A DNA stretch of 64,000 nucleotides from Rubrivivax sp. GTDB taxonomy: Bacteria > Pseudomonadota > Gammaproteobacteria > Burkholderiales > Burkholderiaceae_C. The notes beneath the pieces are model-generated. The model did no database searches. It saw only the letters and a program-made list of their open reading frames with translations, and was not told the origin of the DNA. A program made the translations under genes and the position numbers. Below, one piece after another: positions 12,915-26,950 of this stretch; the first letter of the stretch is position 1, and every line of letters begins with the position of its first letter. Location of the stretch: contig JAXMEV010000013.1 of NCBI GenBank assembly GCA_046348125.1, positions 23,127 to 87,126 of the forward strand, given 5' to 3'.

Positions 12915-15900
12915 TCATGCCGCCTCGGCCATCGAGACCGCCTCCTGCATGTCGACGGCGACGATGCGCGAGACGCCCTGCTCCTGCATCGTCACGCCGA
13001 TCAGCTGCTCGGCCATCTCCATCGCGATCTTGTTGTGGCTGATGAAGAGGAACTGCGTACCCTTGCGGCTCATCTCGGTGACGAGGGCGCGGTAGCGCTC
13101 GGTGTTGGCGTCGTCCAGCGGCGCGTCGACCTCGTCGAGCAGGCAGAACGGCGCCGGGTTGAGCATGAAGATCGCGAACACGAGGGCGATCGCGGTGAGC
13201 GCCTTCTCGCCGCCCGACAGCAGGTGGATGGTGCTGTTCTTCTTGCCCGGCGGCTGCGCCATCACCTGCACCCCGGCGTCCAGGATCTCGGCGCCGGTCA
13301 TCACCAGCCGCGCCGTGCCGCCGCCGAACAGCTGCGGGAACATGCGGCCGAAATGCTCGTTGACCTGGCGGAAGGTGCTGGCCAGCAGCTCGCGCGTCTC
13401 GAGATCGATCTTGCGGATCGCGTCCTCGAGCGTCTTGATCGCCTCTTGCAGATCGGCGTTCTGCGCGTCCAGCAGCGTCTTGCGTTCGCGCGCGCTCGTC
13501 AGCTCCTCGAGCGCGGCCAGGTTGACCGCGCCCAGCGCCGTCACTTCACGCTGGATGCGGTCGATCTCGCCTTGCAGACCCTGCAGCCGCACGCCGCCGG
13601 CGGCAATGCCGGCGCCGAGCGCGTCGAGGTCGGCGCCGGCCGCCTGCAACTGCTCGACGTACTGCGCGCCGCCCAGTTGCGCGGCCTGCTGCTCGAGCTG
13701 CAGCGCGCCGATGCGCTCGCGCAGCGGCTCGAGACTGCGTTCGAACGTCATGCGCTGCTCGTCGGCGCCGCGCAGCCGGGCCGCGAGATCGTCGTATTCG
13801 CTGCGCGCGGCGGCCAGCGCCCGCTCGCGCTCGAGCTGCAGCGCCAGCGCCTCCTGCAGCCCGGCCTGCGCGCCGGCGTCGTCGTAGGCGCCGAGCTCGA
13901 GCTCGAGCTGCGCGCCGGCGCTCTGGTTGCCGTCGATCTGCTGCGCGGCGGTCTCGATGCCGCGCTCGAGTTCGGCGCGGCGGCCGGCCAGCGCACGCGC
14001 CTGGAAGCCCGCCTCCTGCGCCTCGCGCTCGAGCGCGCGCTGCTGCGCGCGCGCCTCGGCCAGCGCGCGCTCGGCGCCGAGTACGCCGTCGTCGACCTCG
14101 GCGTGCCGCTGCTGCGCATCGGCCAGCTCGAGGTCGAGCGTCTCGAAGCGCGCCTCGGCCTCGGCGCGGCGCTCGGCCAGCGCCTCGAGCTGCGCGTCGA
14201 GCTCTTCCAGTTCGCCGGCGAGTTGCGCATGGCGTGCGCCGGCGGCGTCGGCCTGCTGCGTCAGGCGCAGCAGCTCGACGTGCAAGGCGTGCGCGCGGTT
14301 CTGGGCCTCGGTCGCCTCGCGCCGCGCCGCGGCCAGACGCTGGCTGGCATCGGTGTAGCCGGCCTCCAGACGCACCGCGGCTGCGCGCGCTTCGTCGGCG
14401 ATCAGCGTCTGCGCGCGCTGCTCGCGCGCCAGGTTCTCGATCTCCTGCGCGCGCGCCAGCATGCCGGCCTGCTCGCTGTCGGGAGCGTAGAAGGCCACCG
14501 CGAACGGACTCACCGCGTGGCCCTCGCGCGTCATGATCACTTCGCCGTGCGTGAGCTGGCCGCGCTGCGCCAGCGCCGCGTCGAGCGAGGGCGCGGTGTA
14601 CACGCCCTCGAGCCAGTCGTTGAGCAGCGCCACGAGCCCGGCGTCGCCCAGGCGCAGCAGCTCCGACAGGCGCGGCAGCGTGCGGTGGGTGTTGGCGATC
14701 GCCGACGCGGGCAGCGCGTAGAAGGCGAGCTTGGCCGGCGGCGCATCGGCGCCGAAGGCGCGCACCGCGTCGAGCCGGCCGACGGCGAGCGCGTTCAGGC
14801 GCTCGCGCAGCGCCGCTTCCAGCGCCGTCTCCCAGCCGCTCTCGATGTGCACCTGGGTCCACAGGCCCTGCAGGCCGGCCAGACCGTGGCGCTCGAGCCA
14901 GGGCTCGAGCTTGCCGCCGGTGCGCACCTTCTCCTGCAGCGCGCGCAGTGCCTCGAGCCGCGCGCCGATGTCGGCGCCACGCGCGGCCTCGCGCGCCGCC
15001 GCCGCCTGCGCCTCGCGCCGCTCGGCGTCGAGCGCCGGCGCCAGCTCGGCGAGCTGCGCCAGGCGCGCGTCGGCCGCGTCGCGCAGCTCGGCTGCGGCAC
15101 GCTCGTCGCCGCGCAACTGCTCGAGCCGCGCGAGGTCGGGTGCGGCCAGCCCTTGCCGCTCGCCGGCCAGGCGCTCGCGCCGCTGCTGCAATGAGCGCAC
15201 CTGCTCGTCGACGCTGCGGCTCTCGGCGGCCAGCACCTGGATCTGCTGCTGCACCTGCGCCACCACGTTGCGCTGGGCGTTGCCGCGGCTCTGCGCGCAA
15301 CGCAGGGCGTCTTCCAGCTCGGGCAGGCGCTCGGCCTGCTCGCCGCTGCGGCCGGCGAGCAGCTCGGCGTGCTCCTCGGCCGCCGCAATCTGCAGGGCGA
15401 TCTGCTCGAGCTCGGCGCGCGCGGCACTCTGGCGCTCGGTCCATTGCGCGTTTTGCGCGCGCAGCTCGAGCAGGCGCTGCTCGGCACGGCGGCGCCCTTC
15501 GACGACGTAGCGGATGCGCTCCTCGAGCCGGCTCACCTCGAGCTGCGCTTCGGCCAGCCGGCCCTGCCTGGCGTGCAGCGCGTCGCTGGCCGCGTAGTGC
15601 GCCTGGCGCAGCGTCTCGAGCTCGGCCTCGACATGGCGCAGCTCGGCCAGCCGCGCTTCGAGCGCCTGCGCCGCCTCGCCTGCCGCCGCGCGCACGCGCT
15701 CTTCCTCGGCGGCCGCGTCGCGCTGCTTGAGGAACCACAGCTGATGCAGCTTGAGCGTGCCCGCCTCCTGCAGCGCGCGGTAGCGCACCGCGACCTCCGC
15801 CTGCTGGTCGAGCTTGTCCAGGTTGGCCTCGAGCTCGCGCAGGATGTCGTCCACGCGCAGCAGGTTCTCGCGCGTGTCCTCGAGCCGCTTCTCGGTCTCG

Positions 15901-16433
15901 CGCCGGCGTTCCTTGTACTTGCTGACGCCGGCGGCCTCCTCGAGAAAGAGGCGCAGCTCCTCCGGCCGGCTCTCGATGATGCGGCTGATCGTGCCCTGGC
16001 CGATGATGGCGTAGGCGCGCGGGCCCAGGCCGGTGCCGAGGAACACGTCCTGCACGTCACGCCGGCGCACCGGCTGGTTGTTGATGAAGTAGCTCGAGCT
16101 GCCGTCGCGCGTGAGCACGCGCTTGACGGCGATCTCGGCGAAGCTGTTCCACTGGCCGCCGGCGCGCGCCAGCGTGTTGTCGAACACCAGCTCGACGCTG
16201 GCGCGGCCGGCGGGCTTGCGGTTGGACGAGCCGTTGAAGATCACGTCCTGCATGCTCTCGCCGCGCAGCTCGCTCGCCTTGCTCTCGCCCAGCACCCAGC
16301 GCACGGCGTCGATGATGTTGCTCTTGCCGCAGCCGTTGGGGCCGACGACGCCCACGCGCTGGCCGGGCAGCTGGAAGGTGGTGGGCTCGGCGAAGGACTT
16401 GAAGCCCGAGAGCTTGATCTGCGAGAGGCGCAT
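12915..16433 (-). CDS. smc: Chromosome segregation protein SMC
   Basis: MRLSQIKLSGFKSF, GPNGCGKSN, coiled coils, LLSGGEK, LDEVDAPLD. Confidence 0.96.
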   Translation of the reverse strand: MRLSQIKLSGFKSFAEPTTFQLPGQRVGVVGPNGCGKSNIIDAVRWVLGESKASELRGESMQDVIFNGSSNRKPAGRASVELVFDNTLARAGGQWNSFAEIAVKRVLTRDGSSSYFINNQPVRRRDVQDVFLGTGLGPRAYAIIGQGTISRIIESRPEELRLFLEEAAGVSKYKERRRETEKRLEDTRENLLRVDDILRELEANLDKLDQQAEVAVRYRALQEAGTLKLHQLWFLKQRDAAAEEERVRAAAGEAAQALEARLAELRHVEAELETLRQAHYAASDALHARQGRLAEAQLEVSRLEERIRYVVEGRRRAEQRLLELRAQNAQWTERQSAARAELEQIALQIAAAEEHAELLAGRSGEQAERLPELEDALRCAQSRGNAQRNVVAQVQQQIQVLAAESRSVDEQVRSLQQRRERLAGERQGLAAPDLARLEQLRGDERAAAELRDAADARLAQLAELAPALDAERREAQAAAAREAARGADIGARLEALRALQEKVRTGGKLEPWLERHGLAGLQGLWTQVHIESGWETALEAALRERLNALAVGRLDAVRAFGADAPPAKLAFYALPASAIANTHRTLPRLSELLRLGDAGLVALLNDWLEGVYTAPSLDAALAQRGQLTHGEVIMTREGHAVSPFAVAFYAPDSEQAGMLARAQEIENLAREQRAQTLIADEARAAAVRLEAGYTDASQRLAAARREATEAQNRAHALHVELLRLTQQADAAGARHAQLAGELEELDAQLEALAERRAEAEARFETLDLELADAQQRHAEVDDGVLGAERALAEARAQQRALEREAQEAGFQARALAGRRAELERGIETAAQQIDGNQSAGAQLELELGAYDDAGAQAGLQEALALQLERERALAAARSEYDDLAARLRGADEQRMTFERSLEPLRERIGALQLEQQAAQLGGAQYVEQLQAAGADLDALGAGIAAGGVRLQGLQGEIDRIQREVTALGAVNLAALEELTSARERKTLLDAQNADLQEAIKTLEDAIRKIDLETRELLASTFRQVNEHFGRMFPQLFGGGTARLVMTGAEILDAGVQVMAQPPGKKNSTIHLLSGGEKALTAIALVFAIFMLNPAPFCLLDEVDAPLDDANTERYRALVTEMSRKGTQFLFISHNKIAMEMAEQLIGVTMQEQGVSRIVAVDMQEAVSMAEAA

Positions 16434-16476
16434 CGAGACGGCGGCGGGGCACGGCGCGGCGCCCCGAGGGCGCACG

Positions 16477-16489
16477 CAAGTGCTTGATT
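16477..16489 (-). promoter_or_regulatory. Putative IHF binding site in the divergent smc/queF promoter
   Basis: Minus strand AATCAAGCACTTG matches WATCAANNNNTTR, next to an AT-rich tract. Confidence 0.45.
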
Positions 16490-16595
16490 TTCTAATGAAA
16501 AATGCGCTCCAACCGGAGCGCCGAGGGCCCTGGATGATAGCATTGCGGTCTTGCCGACCTGCCCCGCCGGGGCGCGCAGCCGCAGCTCCGATCCG

Positions 16596-17084
16596 ATGCC
16601 CCGCACCCCTGCCCGCCCCCCCGCGCGCGACCTTCCCCGCGGCCGCCACCGCGAACGCCCCGCACCCGCGCTGCCGCCCACGGCGCCGAGCAAGGCGCTG
16701 CAGGCGTTCGCCAACCCGGCGCCCGAGCGCGACTACGTCATCCGCTTCGACGTGCCCGAGTTCACCTGCCTGTGCCCGCTCACCGGCCAGCCCGACTTCG
16801 CGCACTTCACGATCGAGTGCGTGCCCGACCGCCTGTGCGTCGAGCTCAAGAGCCTGAAGCTGTACTTCTGGAGCTACCGCAACGAAGGCGCATTCCACGA
16901 GAAGGTCACCAACACGATCTGCGACGACCTCGTGCGCGCCATCGCGCCGCGCTTCGTGCGCGTCCACGCCGACTGGTACGTGCGCGGCGGCATCCGCACC
17001 TTCGTCACGGTGGAACACCGCAAGCGCGGCTGGAAGGCGGCCGCGCCGGTCACGCTGCCGCCGGAGCCGACCGGTGCGCGCTGA
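16596..17084 (+). CDS. queF: NADPH-dependent preQ0 reductase (short, single-domain type)
   Basis: [35 protein letters not shown]. Confidence 0.93.
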   Translation: MPRTPARPPARDLPRGRHRERPAPALPPTAPSKALQAFANPAPERDYVIRFDVPEFTCLCPLTGQPDFAHFTIECVPDRLCVELKSLKLYFWSYRNEGAFHEKVTNTICDDLVRAIAPRFVRVHADWYVRGGIRTFVTVEHRKRGWKAAAPVTLPPEPTGAR

Positions 17085-17541
17085 GGCGGCGCGGGCATCG
17101 GCCGCAACGCCGCCGGCAGCGGACAGCGCGCGGCCGCGCTACCAGAAGTACGCGGTCGACGTGCGCGCCAGCGCGATCGACGGCCTGGGCGTGTTCGCCG
17201 CCGAGCCGGTGCCGGCGGCGGTGAAGATCGGCGAGATCCGCGGCGAGAGCATCAGCGTGGCCGAAGCGCGCGTGCGTGCCACGCGCAGCGCGCGCGTGAT
17301 GATCGTCGAGCTGTCGGCGAGGAAGGCGATCGACTTCAGCCGCAGCAGCGACCCGATGCGCTACACCAACCACAGCTGCCGCCCGAATGCCGAACTGGTG
17401 ATCGCCCACGGCCGCGTCGAGTTCTACGCCCTGGGCGCGATCGCGCCGGGCACGGAGATCACGGTCGACTACGGCGAGACGCACCACGAGGGCCGGCTGC
17501 GCTGCCGCTGCGGTGCACGCGGCTGCCGCGGCGCGCTCTGA
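17074..17541 (+). CDS. SET domain-containing protein-lysine methyltransferase
   Basis: [26 protein letters not shown], post-[13 protein letters not shown]; start uncertain. Confidence 0.88.
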   Translation: MRAEAARASAATPPAADSARPRYQKYAVDVRASAIDGLGVFAAEPVPAAVKIGEIRGESISVAEARVRATRSARVMIVELSARKAIDFSRSSDPMRYTNHSCRPNAELVIAHGRVEFYALGAIAPGTEITVDYGETHHEGRLRCRCGARGCRGAL

Positions 17542-17602
17542 ACGGCGCACCCAGGCAGTCGCCCCGGGCGCCGGACGTCGGCCGCTGGGGATAATCGAGC
17601 GC

Positions 17603-18808
17603 ATGAACCCGCTGCTGCAGCGCCTGCATCCCTACCCCTTCGAGCGCTGGCGCGAACTCAGCGCCGACATCGTGCCGCCGGCGCATCTGGCGCCGATCAG
17701 CCTGGGCATCGGCGAGCCGCGCCACGCAACGCCGGCCTTCATCGAGCAGGCGCTGGTGCAGGCGCTGCCGCTGCTGTCGTCGTACCCGGCCACGGCCGGC
17801 GAGCCGGCGCTGCGCGCGGCCTGCGCCGGCTGGCTGCAGCGGCGCTACGGCGTCGCGGTCGACCCGGCGACGCAGCTGCTGCCGGTGAACGGCACGCGCG
17901 AGGCGCTCTTCGCCTTCGCGCAGACGGTGATCGACGCCACGCGCGCCGGCGCCACCGTGCTGTGCCCCAACCCCTTCTACCAGATCTACGAAGGCGCGGC
18001 GCTGCTGGCGGGCGCGGCAACGGCGTTCGTCGCGAGCGACCCGCAGCGCAACTTCGCCGCCGACTGGGCCGGCGTCGACGCCGCGACCTGGCAGCGCACG
18101 CAGCTCGTCTACGTCTGCTCGCCCGGCAACCCCACCGGCGCCGTGATGCCGCTGGCCGAATGGCAGATGCTGTTCGAGCTCTCGGACCGCTACGGCTTCG
18201 TCATCGCCAGCGACGAGTGCTACTCGGAGATCTACTTCGGCGACGAGCCCCCGCTCGGCGCGCTCGAGGCCGCGCGCCGGCTCGGCCGCGACGACTGGCG
18301 CAACCTCGTCGCCTTCACCAGCCTTTCCAAGCGCAGCAACGTGCCGGGTCTGCGTTCGGGCTTCGTCGCGGGTGACGCGCGCCTCATCAAGCCCTTTCTC
18401 CTCTACCGCACCTACCACGGCAGCGCGATGAGCGGCCTCGTGCAGCGCGCCTCGATCGCGGCCTGGAGCGACGAGGCCCATGTCGAGGCCAACCGCGCGC
18501 TGTACCGCGCCAAGTTCGACCAGGTGACGCCGCTGCTGGCGCGCGTGCTCGACGTGAAGCGGCCCGACGCCTCGTTCTACCTCTGGGCCGGCGTGCCTGC
18601 GGGCTGCGGCGGCGACGAGCTCGGCTACGCCCGCGGCCTGCTCGCTCAATACAATGTGACGGTGCTGCCCGGCCGCCTGCTCGCCCGCGAGGTGAACGGC
18701 CGCAACCCGGGCGCCGGCCGCATCCGCATGGCCCTGGTCGCCAGGCCCGAGGAATGCCTGGAGGCCGCCCGGCGCATCGTCGCCTACACCGAGAGCCTGA
18801 AGCCATGA
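17603..18808 (+). CDS. dapC: Succinyldiaminopimelate transaminase
   Basis: [47 protein letters not shown]. Confidence 0.93.
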   Translation: MNPLLQRLHPYPFERWRELSADIVPPAHLAPISLGIGEPRHATPAFIEQALVQALPLLSSYPATAGEPALRAACAGWLQRRYGVAVDPATQLLPVNGTREALFAFAQTVIDATRAGATVLCPNPFYQIYEGAALLAGAATAFVASDPQRNFAADWAGVDAATWQRTQLVYVCSPGNPTGAVMPLAEWQMLFELSDRYGFVIASDECYSEIYFGDEPPLGALEAARRLGRDDWRNLVAFTSLSKRSNVPGLRSGFVAGDARLIKPFLLYRTYHGSAMSGLVQRASIAAWSDEAHVEANRALYRAKFDQVTPLLARVLDVKRPDASFYLWAGVPAGCGGDELGYARGLLAQYNVTVLPGRLLAREVNGRNPGAGRIRMALVARPEECLEAARRIVAYTESLKP

Positions 18809-19626
18809 GCAGCCGCCTGCAAGCCGTGATCGACCTCGCCTGGGACAACCGGGCCCAGATCTCGGCGCTGAATGCACCCGAAGTGCGCGACGCGGTCGAG
18901 CAGGTCGTGGCCGACCTCAACGCCGGCCGCCTGCGCGTGGCCGAGCGGCGCGGCGTCGGCGACTGGCAGGTCAACCAATGGGTGAAGAAGGCGGTGCTGC
19001 TGAGCTTCCGGCTCAACGACAACCGGCTGATCCGCGCCGGCGAGCTCGAGTTCTTCGACAAGGTGCGGCCCAAGTTCTCGCAGCTCGACGAGGAGCGCAT
19101 GCGCGCGGCCGGCGTGCGCGTGGTGCCGCCGGCGGTGGCGCGGCGCGGCGCCTACATCGGCCGCAACGTGGTGCTGATGCCGAGCTACGTCAACATCGGC
19201 GCCTACGTCGACGAGGGCACGATGGTCGACACCTGGGCCACCGTCGGCTCGTGCGCTCAGATCGGCAAGAACGTGCATCTGTCGGGCGGCGTGGGCATCG
19301 GCGGCGTGCTCGAGCCTCTGCAGGCCAACCCGACGATCATCGAGGACAACTGCTTCATCGGCGCGCGCAGCGAAGTCGTCGAAGGCGTGATCGTCGAGGA
19401 GAACTCGGTCGTCAGCATGGGCGTGTTCATCGGCCAGAGCACCAAGATCTACGACCGCGCCAGCGGCAGCGTGAGCTACGGCCGGGTGCCTGCCGGCTCG
19501 GTGGTGGTGAGCGGCTCGCTGCCGGCCGCCGACGGCACGCACAGCCTGTACTGCGCCGTCATCGTCAAGAGAGTCGATGCCGGCACGCGCGCCAAGACCA
19601 GCATCAACGAGCTGCTGCGCACCTGA
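18805..19626 (+). CDS. dapD: Tetrahydrodipicolinate N-succinyltransferase
   Basis: [43 protein letters not shown]. Confidence 0.96.
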   Translation: MSSRLQAVIDLAWDNRAQISALNAPEVRDAVEQVVADLNAGRLRVAERRGVGDWQVNQWVKKAVLLSFRLNDNRLIRAGELEFFDKVRPKFSQLDEERMRAAGVRVVPPAVARRGAYIGRNVVLMPSYVNIGAYVDEGTMVDTWATVGSCAQIGKNVHLSGGVGIGGVLEPLQANPTIIEDNCFIGARSEVVEGVIVEENSVVSMGVFIGQSTKIYDRASGSVSYGRVPAGSVVVSGSLPAADGTHSLYCAVIVKRVDAGTRAKTSINELLRT

Positions 19627-19655
19627 ACCCGAACCGCCCAGGGAGCGAAACCGCG

Positions 19656-20852
19656 ATGTCCGGCAACCTCGAGCGCGTGCTGCGCCTGATGGCGGAGAAG
19701 AACGCCTCCGACGTGTACATGGCGGCCAACACGCCGATCCTCATCAAGATCAACGGCCAGATCCTGCAGCTGTCGGACCAGACGCTGGCGCAGCACCAGA
19801 CGCGCCAGCTGCTGGCCGAGATGCTGACGCCGCAGCAGCTCGAGGAGCTCGACGACACGGGCGAACTCAACGTCGGCATCAGCATGACGCGCGTGGGCAG
19901 CTTCCGGCTCTCGGCGTTCAAGCAGCGCGGCTCGATCGCCGCCGTCATCCGCTGCATCCCGTACCAGATCCCGACGCTCGAGTCGCTCGGGCTGCCCGAG
20001 CTGCTGAGCCGGCTCGTGGTGGAAAAGCGCGGCCTCATCCTGATGGTGGGCGCCACCGGCACCGGCAAGAGCACGACGCTGGCCTCGATGATCGAGTGGC
20101 GCAACCAGCAGATGACGGGCCACATCCTCACGATCGAGGATCCGATCGAGTTCCTGTTCAGCAACAAGAAGAGCATCGTCAACCAGCGCGAGGTCGGGCG
20201 CGACACGCACAGCCTGCAGATCGCGCTCAAGAACGCGCTGCGCCAGGCGCCCGACTGCATCCTGATCGGCGAGATCCGCGACCGCGAGACGATGAGCTCG
20301 GCGCTGTCGTACGCGCTGTCGGGCCACCTCGTGCTGGCCACGCTGCACGCCAACAACAGCTACCACGCGATGGGGCGCATCCTGTCCTTCTACACGCCCG
20401 AGGCGCGGCCGACGCTGCTGTCCGACCTCGCTTCGGGGCTGCGCGCCGTGGTCTCGCAGCGCCTGCTGCGCAGCAACGCCGGCGGCCGCGTGCCGGCGGT
20501 GGAGATCCTGCTCAACACCAAGCTCGTGTCCGAGCTGATCGAGAAGGGCGACCTCTCGGCCATCAAGGAGGCGGTGGAGAACTCGCTGGCCGAGGGCTCG
20601 CAGACCTTCGAGCAGGACATCGCGCGCCTCATCAACGAAGGCGTGGTCTCGCGCGACGAGGGCCTGGCCTACGCCGACAGCCCGACCAACCTGCTGTGGC
20701 GGCTGCAGAACGAGCCGGCGCCGGTGGCGCGCGCGCAGCCCAAGCCGGAGGAGTCGGCCGCGCCCTCGTTCACCGAGATCACGCTCGACGTGCGCCCCGA
20801 CGAACCGCGCCCGGTTGCCGGCGGCCTGCCCTGGCCGAACCTCGAGCCGTGA
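19656..20852 (+). CDS. pilU: PilT/PilU family type IV pilus retraction ATPase
   Basis: [43 protein letters not shown]. Confidence 0.88.
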   Translation: MSGNLERVLRLMAEKNASDVYMAANTPILIKINGQILQLSDQTLAQHQTRQLLAEMLTPQQLEELDDTGELNVGISMTRVGSFRLSAFKQRGSIAAVIRCIPYQIPTLESLGLPELLSRLVVEKRGLILMVGATGTGKSTTLASMIEWRNQQMTGHILTIEDPIEFLFSNKKSIVNQREVGRDTHSLQIALKNALRQAPDCILIGEIRDRETMSSALSYALSGHLVLATLHANNSYHAMGRILSFYTPEARPTLLSDLASGLRAVVSQRLLRSNAGGRVPAVEILLNTKLVSELIEKGDLSAIKEAVENSLAEGSQTFEQDIARLINEGVVSRDEGLAYADSPTNLLWRLQNEPAPVARAQPKPEESAAPSFTEITLDVRPDEPRPVAGGLPWPNLEP

Positions 20853-22024
20853 GCGATGCGCTCGCGCTGGCCGAAGCGCTGATCGCCTGCCCTTCGGTGA
20901 CGCCGGCCGACGGCGGCGCGCACGCGCTGCTGGCCGCCCGGCTGGCGGCAGCGGGCTTCGCCTGCGAGCACCTCGACGCCGGGCCCGAGCCCGCCGACCC
21001 GGCCACGCGCGTGCACAACCTCTGGGCCGCGCACGCGGGCGCGCAGCCCGGACCGACGCTGCTGCTGCTCGGCCACACCGACGTCGTGCCGCCCGGCCCG
21101 CGCGCGGCCTGGACGAGCGACCCCTTCGTGCCGACGCGGCGCGACGCGCGCCTGTACGGCCGCGGCGCCGCCGACATGAAGACCGCAGTAGCCGCGATGG
21201 TGGTGGCGGCCGAACAGTACGTCGCCGCGCGGCCCGCTCACGCCGGCCGCGTGGCGCTGCTCTTCACCAGCGACGAGGAAGGTCCGGCGCTGCACGGCGT
21301 GCGCCACGCGGTCGAGGTGCTGCGCGCACGCGGCGAGCGGCTCGACGCCTGCATCGTCGGCGAGCCGACCTCGGTCCAGCGTCTGGGCGACACCGTCAAG
21401 AACGGCCGCCGCGGATCGCTCTCGGGCCGGCTCGTCGTGCTGGGTCTGCAGGGCCATGTCGCCTACCCGCAGCAGGCGCGCAACCCGGTGCACGAGGCGG
21501 CGCCCGCCATCGCCGAGCTCGTCGCCGCACGCTGGGACGAGGGCAACGAGCATTTCCCGCCCACCAGCTTCCAGATCAGCAACGTGCACGCCGGCACCGG
21601 GGCGCTGAACGTCATTGCGGGCGAGCTGGTGCTGGACTTCAACTTCCGCTTCAGCCCCGAGTCCACCCCCGAAGCGCTGCAGCAGCGCGTCGGCGCGATC
21701 CTGGCGCGCCACGGCCTGCACCATCGCCTCGAATGGACGCTGGGCGGCGAACCGTTCCTTACCCGGCCCGGGCGCCTGAGCGCCGCGCTCGGCGCAGCCA
21801 TCCGCGCCGAGTGCGGCATCGAGCCGCAGCTGTCGACCAGCGGCGGCACCAGCGACGGCCGCTTCGTCGCCCGCATCTGCCCCGAGGTGATGGAGTTCGG
21901 CGTCCTCAACGCCAGCATCCACCAGGTCGACGAATGGGTCGACCTGGGCGCCATCGAGCCGCTCGTGCGCGTGTACCGCGGCGTGCTCGAGCGGCTGCTC
22001 GGCCGAGAGCCCGTGAAGACATGA
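20849..22024 (+). CDS. dapE: Succinyl-diaminopimelate desuccinylase
   Basis: [47 protein letters not shown]; GTG start overlapping pilU stop. Confidence 0.95.
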   Translation: MSDALALAEALIACPSVTPADGGAHALLAARLAAAGFACEHLDAGPEPADPATRVHNLWAAHAGAQPGPTLLLLGHTDVVPPGPRAAWTSDPFVPTRRDARLYGRGAADMKTAVAAMVVAAEQYVAARPAHAGRVALLFTSDEEGPALHGVRHAVEVLRARGERLDACIVGEPTSVQRLGDTVKNGRRGSLSGRLVVLGLQGHVAYPQQARNPVHEAAPAIAELVAARWDEGNEHFPPTSFQISNVHAGTGALNVIAGELVLDFNFRFSPESTPEALQQRVGAILARHGLHHRLEWTLGGEPFLTRPGRLSAALGAAIRAECGIEPQLSTSGGTSDGRFVARICPEVMEFGVLNASIHQVDEWVDLGAIEPLVRVYRGVLERLLGREPVKT

Positions 22025-22072
22025 ATCACGCCCGCGCTTCACATCTTCACTGGGCCTGAGCGGCCGACGACC

Positions 22073-22956
22073 ATGACGCTGGCCGAGCTCGTCGCGCAGA
22101 TGGCCGCGCGCCTGCAGGCAGCCGGCGTCGCCTTCGGCCACGGCACCGACAACGCCTACGACGAAGCGGCCTGGCTGGTGCAGTGGCGCCTGGGCCTGGC
22201 GCTCGACGCGCTCGCGCACGAGGGCGAGCGCCCGATCGCCGCCGCCGACGAGGCGGCCGCACGCGCGCTCGTCGAGGAGCGCATCGCGACGCGCCGGCCC
22301 GCGGCCTACCTCACCGGCGAGGCCTGGCTGCACGGCGTGCCCTTCTTCGTCGACGCGCGCGCGATCGTGCCGCGCTCGCTCGTCGCCGAGCCGCTGCTGG
22401 ACGGCACGCTCGACGCCTGGCTCGTGCACGAGCCCGCGCGCGTGCTCGACCTGTGCTGCGGCAACGGCAGCCTGGCGGTGCTGGCGGCGCGGCACTGGCC
22501 GCAGGCGGCCCTGGTCGCCGCCGACCTCAGCGGCGAGGCGCTCGCGGTGGCGGCGCACAACGTCGCGCGCCACGGGCTCGGTGCGCGCATCGTGCTGCGC
22601 CAGGGCGACGGCCTGGGCGCACTGGAGCCCGGCGACGGCCCGTTCGACCTCGTGCTGTGCAACCCGCCCTATGTCGACACGGCGTCGCTGGCGGCGCTGC
22701 CGCCCGAGTACCGCGCCGAGCCGGCGCTGGCGCTGGCCGGCGGTGCCGACGGCCTGGACTTCGTGCGCCCGCTGCTGGCCGCGATCGCGCCCTGGCTCGC
22801 GCCGCAGGGTCTGCTGGTGCTCGAGATCGGGCATCAGCGCAGCGCGTTCGACGCCGCCTTCGCGCGCCTCGAGCCGGTCTGGCTGCCCACCAGCGCGGGC
22901 GACGACAGCGTGCTGCTGCTCACGCGCGACGCGCTCGCCGGCGTCGCAGGCCGCGC

Positions 22957-22960
<4 letters not shown>
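22073..22960 (+). CDS. prmB: 50S ribosomal protein L3 N5-glutamine methyltransferase
   Basis: FGHGTDNAYDEAAWL, PAAYLTGEAWL, IVPRS, NPPY. Confidence 0.93.
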
Positions 22961-25029
<2,069 letters not shown>

Positions 25030-25141
25030 ACGCGCGCACGCAGCGCGCACGCCTGGGCTCTCGAGGAACGCAGGACCGCTCGCCGGCTTCATGTTCCCCC
25101 ATGCGGGGCGCGCGCGGCGGGCGCACGGCCCTGACGGCCCT

Positions 25142-25221
25142 CTCAAGCAAATGTGGCTCTGCCACTTTGCTTGACCCCCACGGGGGGCGGGCTGGGCGCA
25201 GCCCGGCCCTGGGGGCGCTCA
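25142..25221 (-). repeat. ~78-bp palindromic REP/MITE-like element, copy A
   Basis: Reverse complement of the 27362-27440 copy with one mismatch; starts at the asparaginase TGA. Confidence 0.9.
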
Positions 25222-26181
25222 GGAGCGCCGCCGGCGCCGGGGCGTGCTGCGCTCGTGCAGCAGATCGAGCAGCAGCTCGATGCGCGCCTGCGGCGGCGTG
25301 AGCGTGCCGTACGAGGGCAGCGCGTCGGCCGGCGCGCCGACCACCCCGCCCAGTTGGCAGCGCGAGGCACGGCGCACGCGCACGCCGGCGGCCTCGGCGC
25401 GGCGCGCCGCGGCCAGCAGTTCGGCGTGCACGCTGCCGTTGCCGGTGCCGGCGATCACGATGCCCGCCGCGCCGGCGCCGACCAATGCATCGACGAGCGC
25501 GCCGCGCGCGCCGGCGTGGCTGGTCACGAGGTCCACCGCCGGCCAATGCGCGGCGTCGGGCCAGGAGCGCGCTGCCGCCCGGTGCAGCGCCACCTCCGGC
25601 CAGGCGCGCAAGAGGCGCAGCCGCCCTTCCTCGAGCACACCGAGCGGCCCGGCGTCGCCGCCGCTGAAGGCGTCGAGTCGATAACCGTGCACTTTGCGCA
25701 CATCGGCGCCGCACCAAAGCCGGCCGCCGAACGCGACGACCACGCCGCGCGCGCCCTCGGTGCCGGCCACCGTCACCGCGTCGAGCAGGTTCTGCGGGCC
25801 GTCGGGCGCGAGCGCCGTCGCCGGACGCATTGCCGCCGTCAGCACCACCGGCTTGGGCGCGCGCAGCGTGCGGTGCAGGAAGTAGGCGGTCTCCTCCAGC
25901 GTGTCGGTGCCATGCGTGACGACGATGCCGCGCACCTGCGGCCGGCGCAGCAGCCGGGTCAGGCGCTGGCGCAGGCGGCACCAGGTGGCGTAGTCCATGT
26001 CCGAGCTGTCCAGGCGCGCCAGCGACTCGTACTGCAGCGGCAGTTCCGCCAGCACCGGCACGGCCGCGGCCAGCGTCTCGGGCCCGAGCGCTCCGGCCAC
26101 ATAGCCGACATGATCGGTGGCGCGCGCCGCCACGCCGGCAATCGTGCCTCCGGTGCCGACGACGACGATGGTGCGTTGCAT
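25219..26181 (-). CDS. L-asparaginase
   Basis: GTGGTIAG, THGTDTLEETAYFL, AMRP, DGPQNL, GTGNG. Confidence 0.92.
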   Translation of the reverse strand: MQRTIVVVGTGGTIAGVAARATDHVGYVAGALGPETLAAAVPVLAELPLQYESLARLDSSDMDYATWCRLRQRLTRLLRRPQVRGIVVTHGTDTLEETAYFLHRTLRAPKPVVLTAAMRPATALAPDGPQNLLDAVTVAGTEGARGVVVAFGGRLWCGADVRKVHGYRLDAFSGGDAGPLGVLEEGRLRLLRAWPEVALHRAAARSWPDAAHWPAVDLVTSHAGARGALVDALVGAGAAGIVIAGTGNGSVHAELLAAARRAEAAGVRVRRASRCQLGGVVGAPADALPSYGTLTPPQARIELLLDLLHERSTPRRRRRS

Positions 26182-26192
26182 TGGCGCGCTCT

Positions 26193-26227
26193 CTGGATGA
26201 AAATACAGCCACTGGATGGACAACCAG
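26193..26227. promoter_or_regulatory. Two tandem LexA (SOS) boxes
   Basis: CTGGATGAAAATACAG (26193-26208) and CTGGATGGACAACCAG (26212-26227), both CTG-N10-CAG, upstream of lexA. Confidence 0.85.
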
Positions 26228-26260
26228 CCCGCGCGGCCTTCGCCGCAGGCAAGCCTAGCG

Positions 26261-26950
26261 ATGGACGATAGCCTCAAGCTCACCGAGCGCCAGCAGCAGA
26301 TCCTCGATCTCGTACAGAGCACGATCGTGCGCACCGGCGCGCCGCCCACGCGCGCCGAGATCGCGGCCGAGCTGGGTTTTCGCTCGCCCAACGCGGCCGA
26401 GGAGCACTTGCAGGCGCTGGCGCGCAAGGGCGTGCTCGAGCTGGTGGGAGGCACGGCGCGCGGCATCCGCCTGAAGTCCGACACGCTGCGCGCGCTCAAT
26501 GCCGCGCGCCTGTCGCAGTACGGCAAGCAGTACAGCCTGCCGCTGCCGGGCATCGCGCAGCTCACGCTGCCGCTGGTGGGGCGCGTCGCCGCCGGCAGCC
26601 CGATCCTCGCGCAGGAGCACATCGACGCCACCTACACCGTCGAAGCGACGCTGTTCCAGCGCCGGCCCGACTACCTGCTCAAGGTGCGCGGCATGAGCAT
26701 GCGCGACGCCGGCATCCTCGACGGCGACCTGCTCGCCGTGAAGAAGGCGGCCGAGGCGAAGAACGGCCAGATCGTCGTCGCGCGCCTGGGCGACGAAGTC
26801 ACCGTCAAGCGGCTGCGGCGCACGCGCCAGGGCATCGACCTGATCCCCGAGAACCCGGACTTCGAGATCATCCACGTCGCGCCCGACGCGGCCGACTTCC
26901 AGCTCGAGGGCGTCGCCGTCGGCCTCGTGCGCAACACGATGCTGACCTGA
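26261..26950 (+). CDS. lexA: SOS repressor LexA
   Basis: [28 protein letters not shown] cleavage site, GMSM, EVTVKR. Confidence 0.96.
   Translation: MDDSLKLTERQQQILDLVQSTIVRTGAPPTRAEIAAELGFRSPNAAEEHLQALARKGVLELVGGTARGIRLKSDTLRALNAARLSQYGKQYSLPLPGIAQLTLPLVGRVAAGSPILAQEHIDATYTVEATLFQRRPDYLLKVRGMSMRDAGILDGDLLAVKKAAEAKNGQIVVARLGDEVTVKRLRRTRQGIDLIPENPDFEIIHVAPDAADFQLEGVAVGLVRNTMLT

Noticed and set aside
16596-17084. Short QueF as a truncated gene
   Set aside because: Single-domain QueF is a known functional class and all catalytic motifs are present.
19656-20852. pilU inside the dap operon as a novelty
   Set aside because: dapC-dapD-pilU-dapE-prmB is a gene order I recognise as common in Comamonadaceae-like Burkholderiales.
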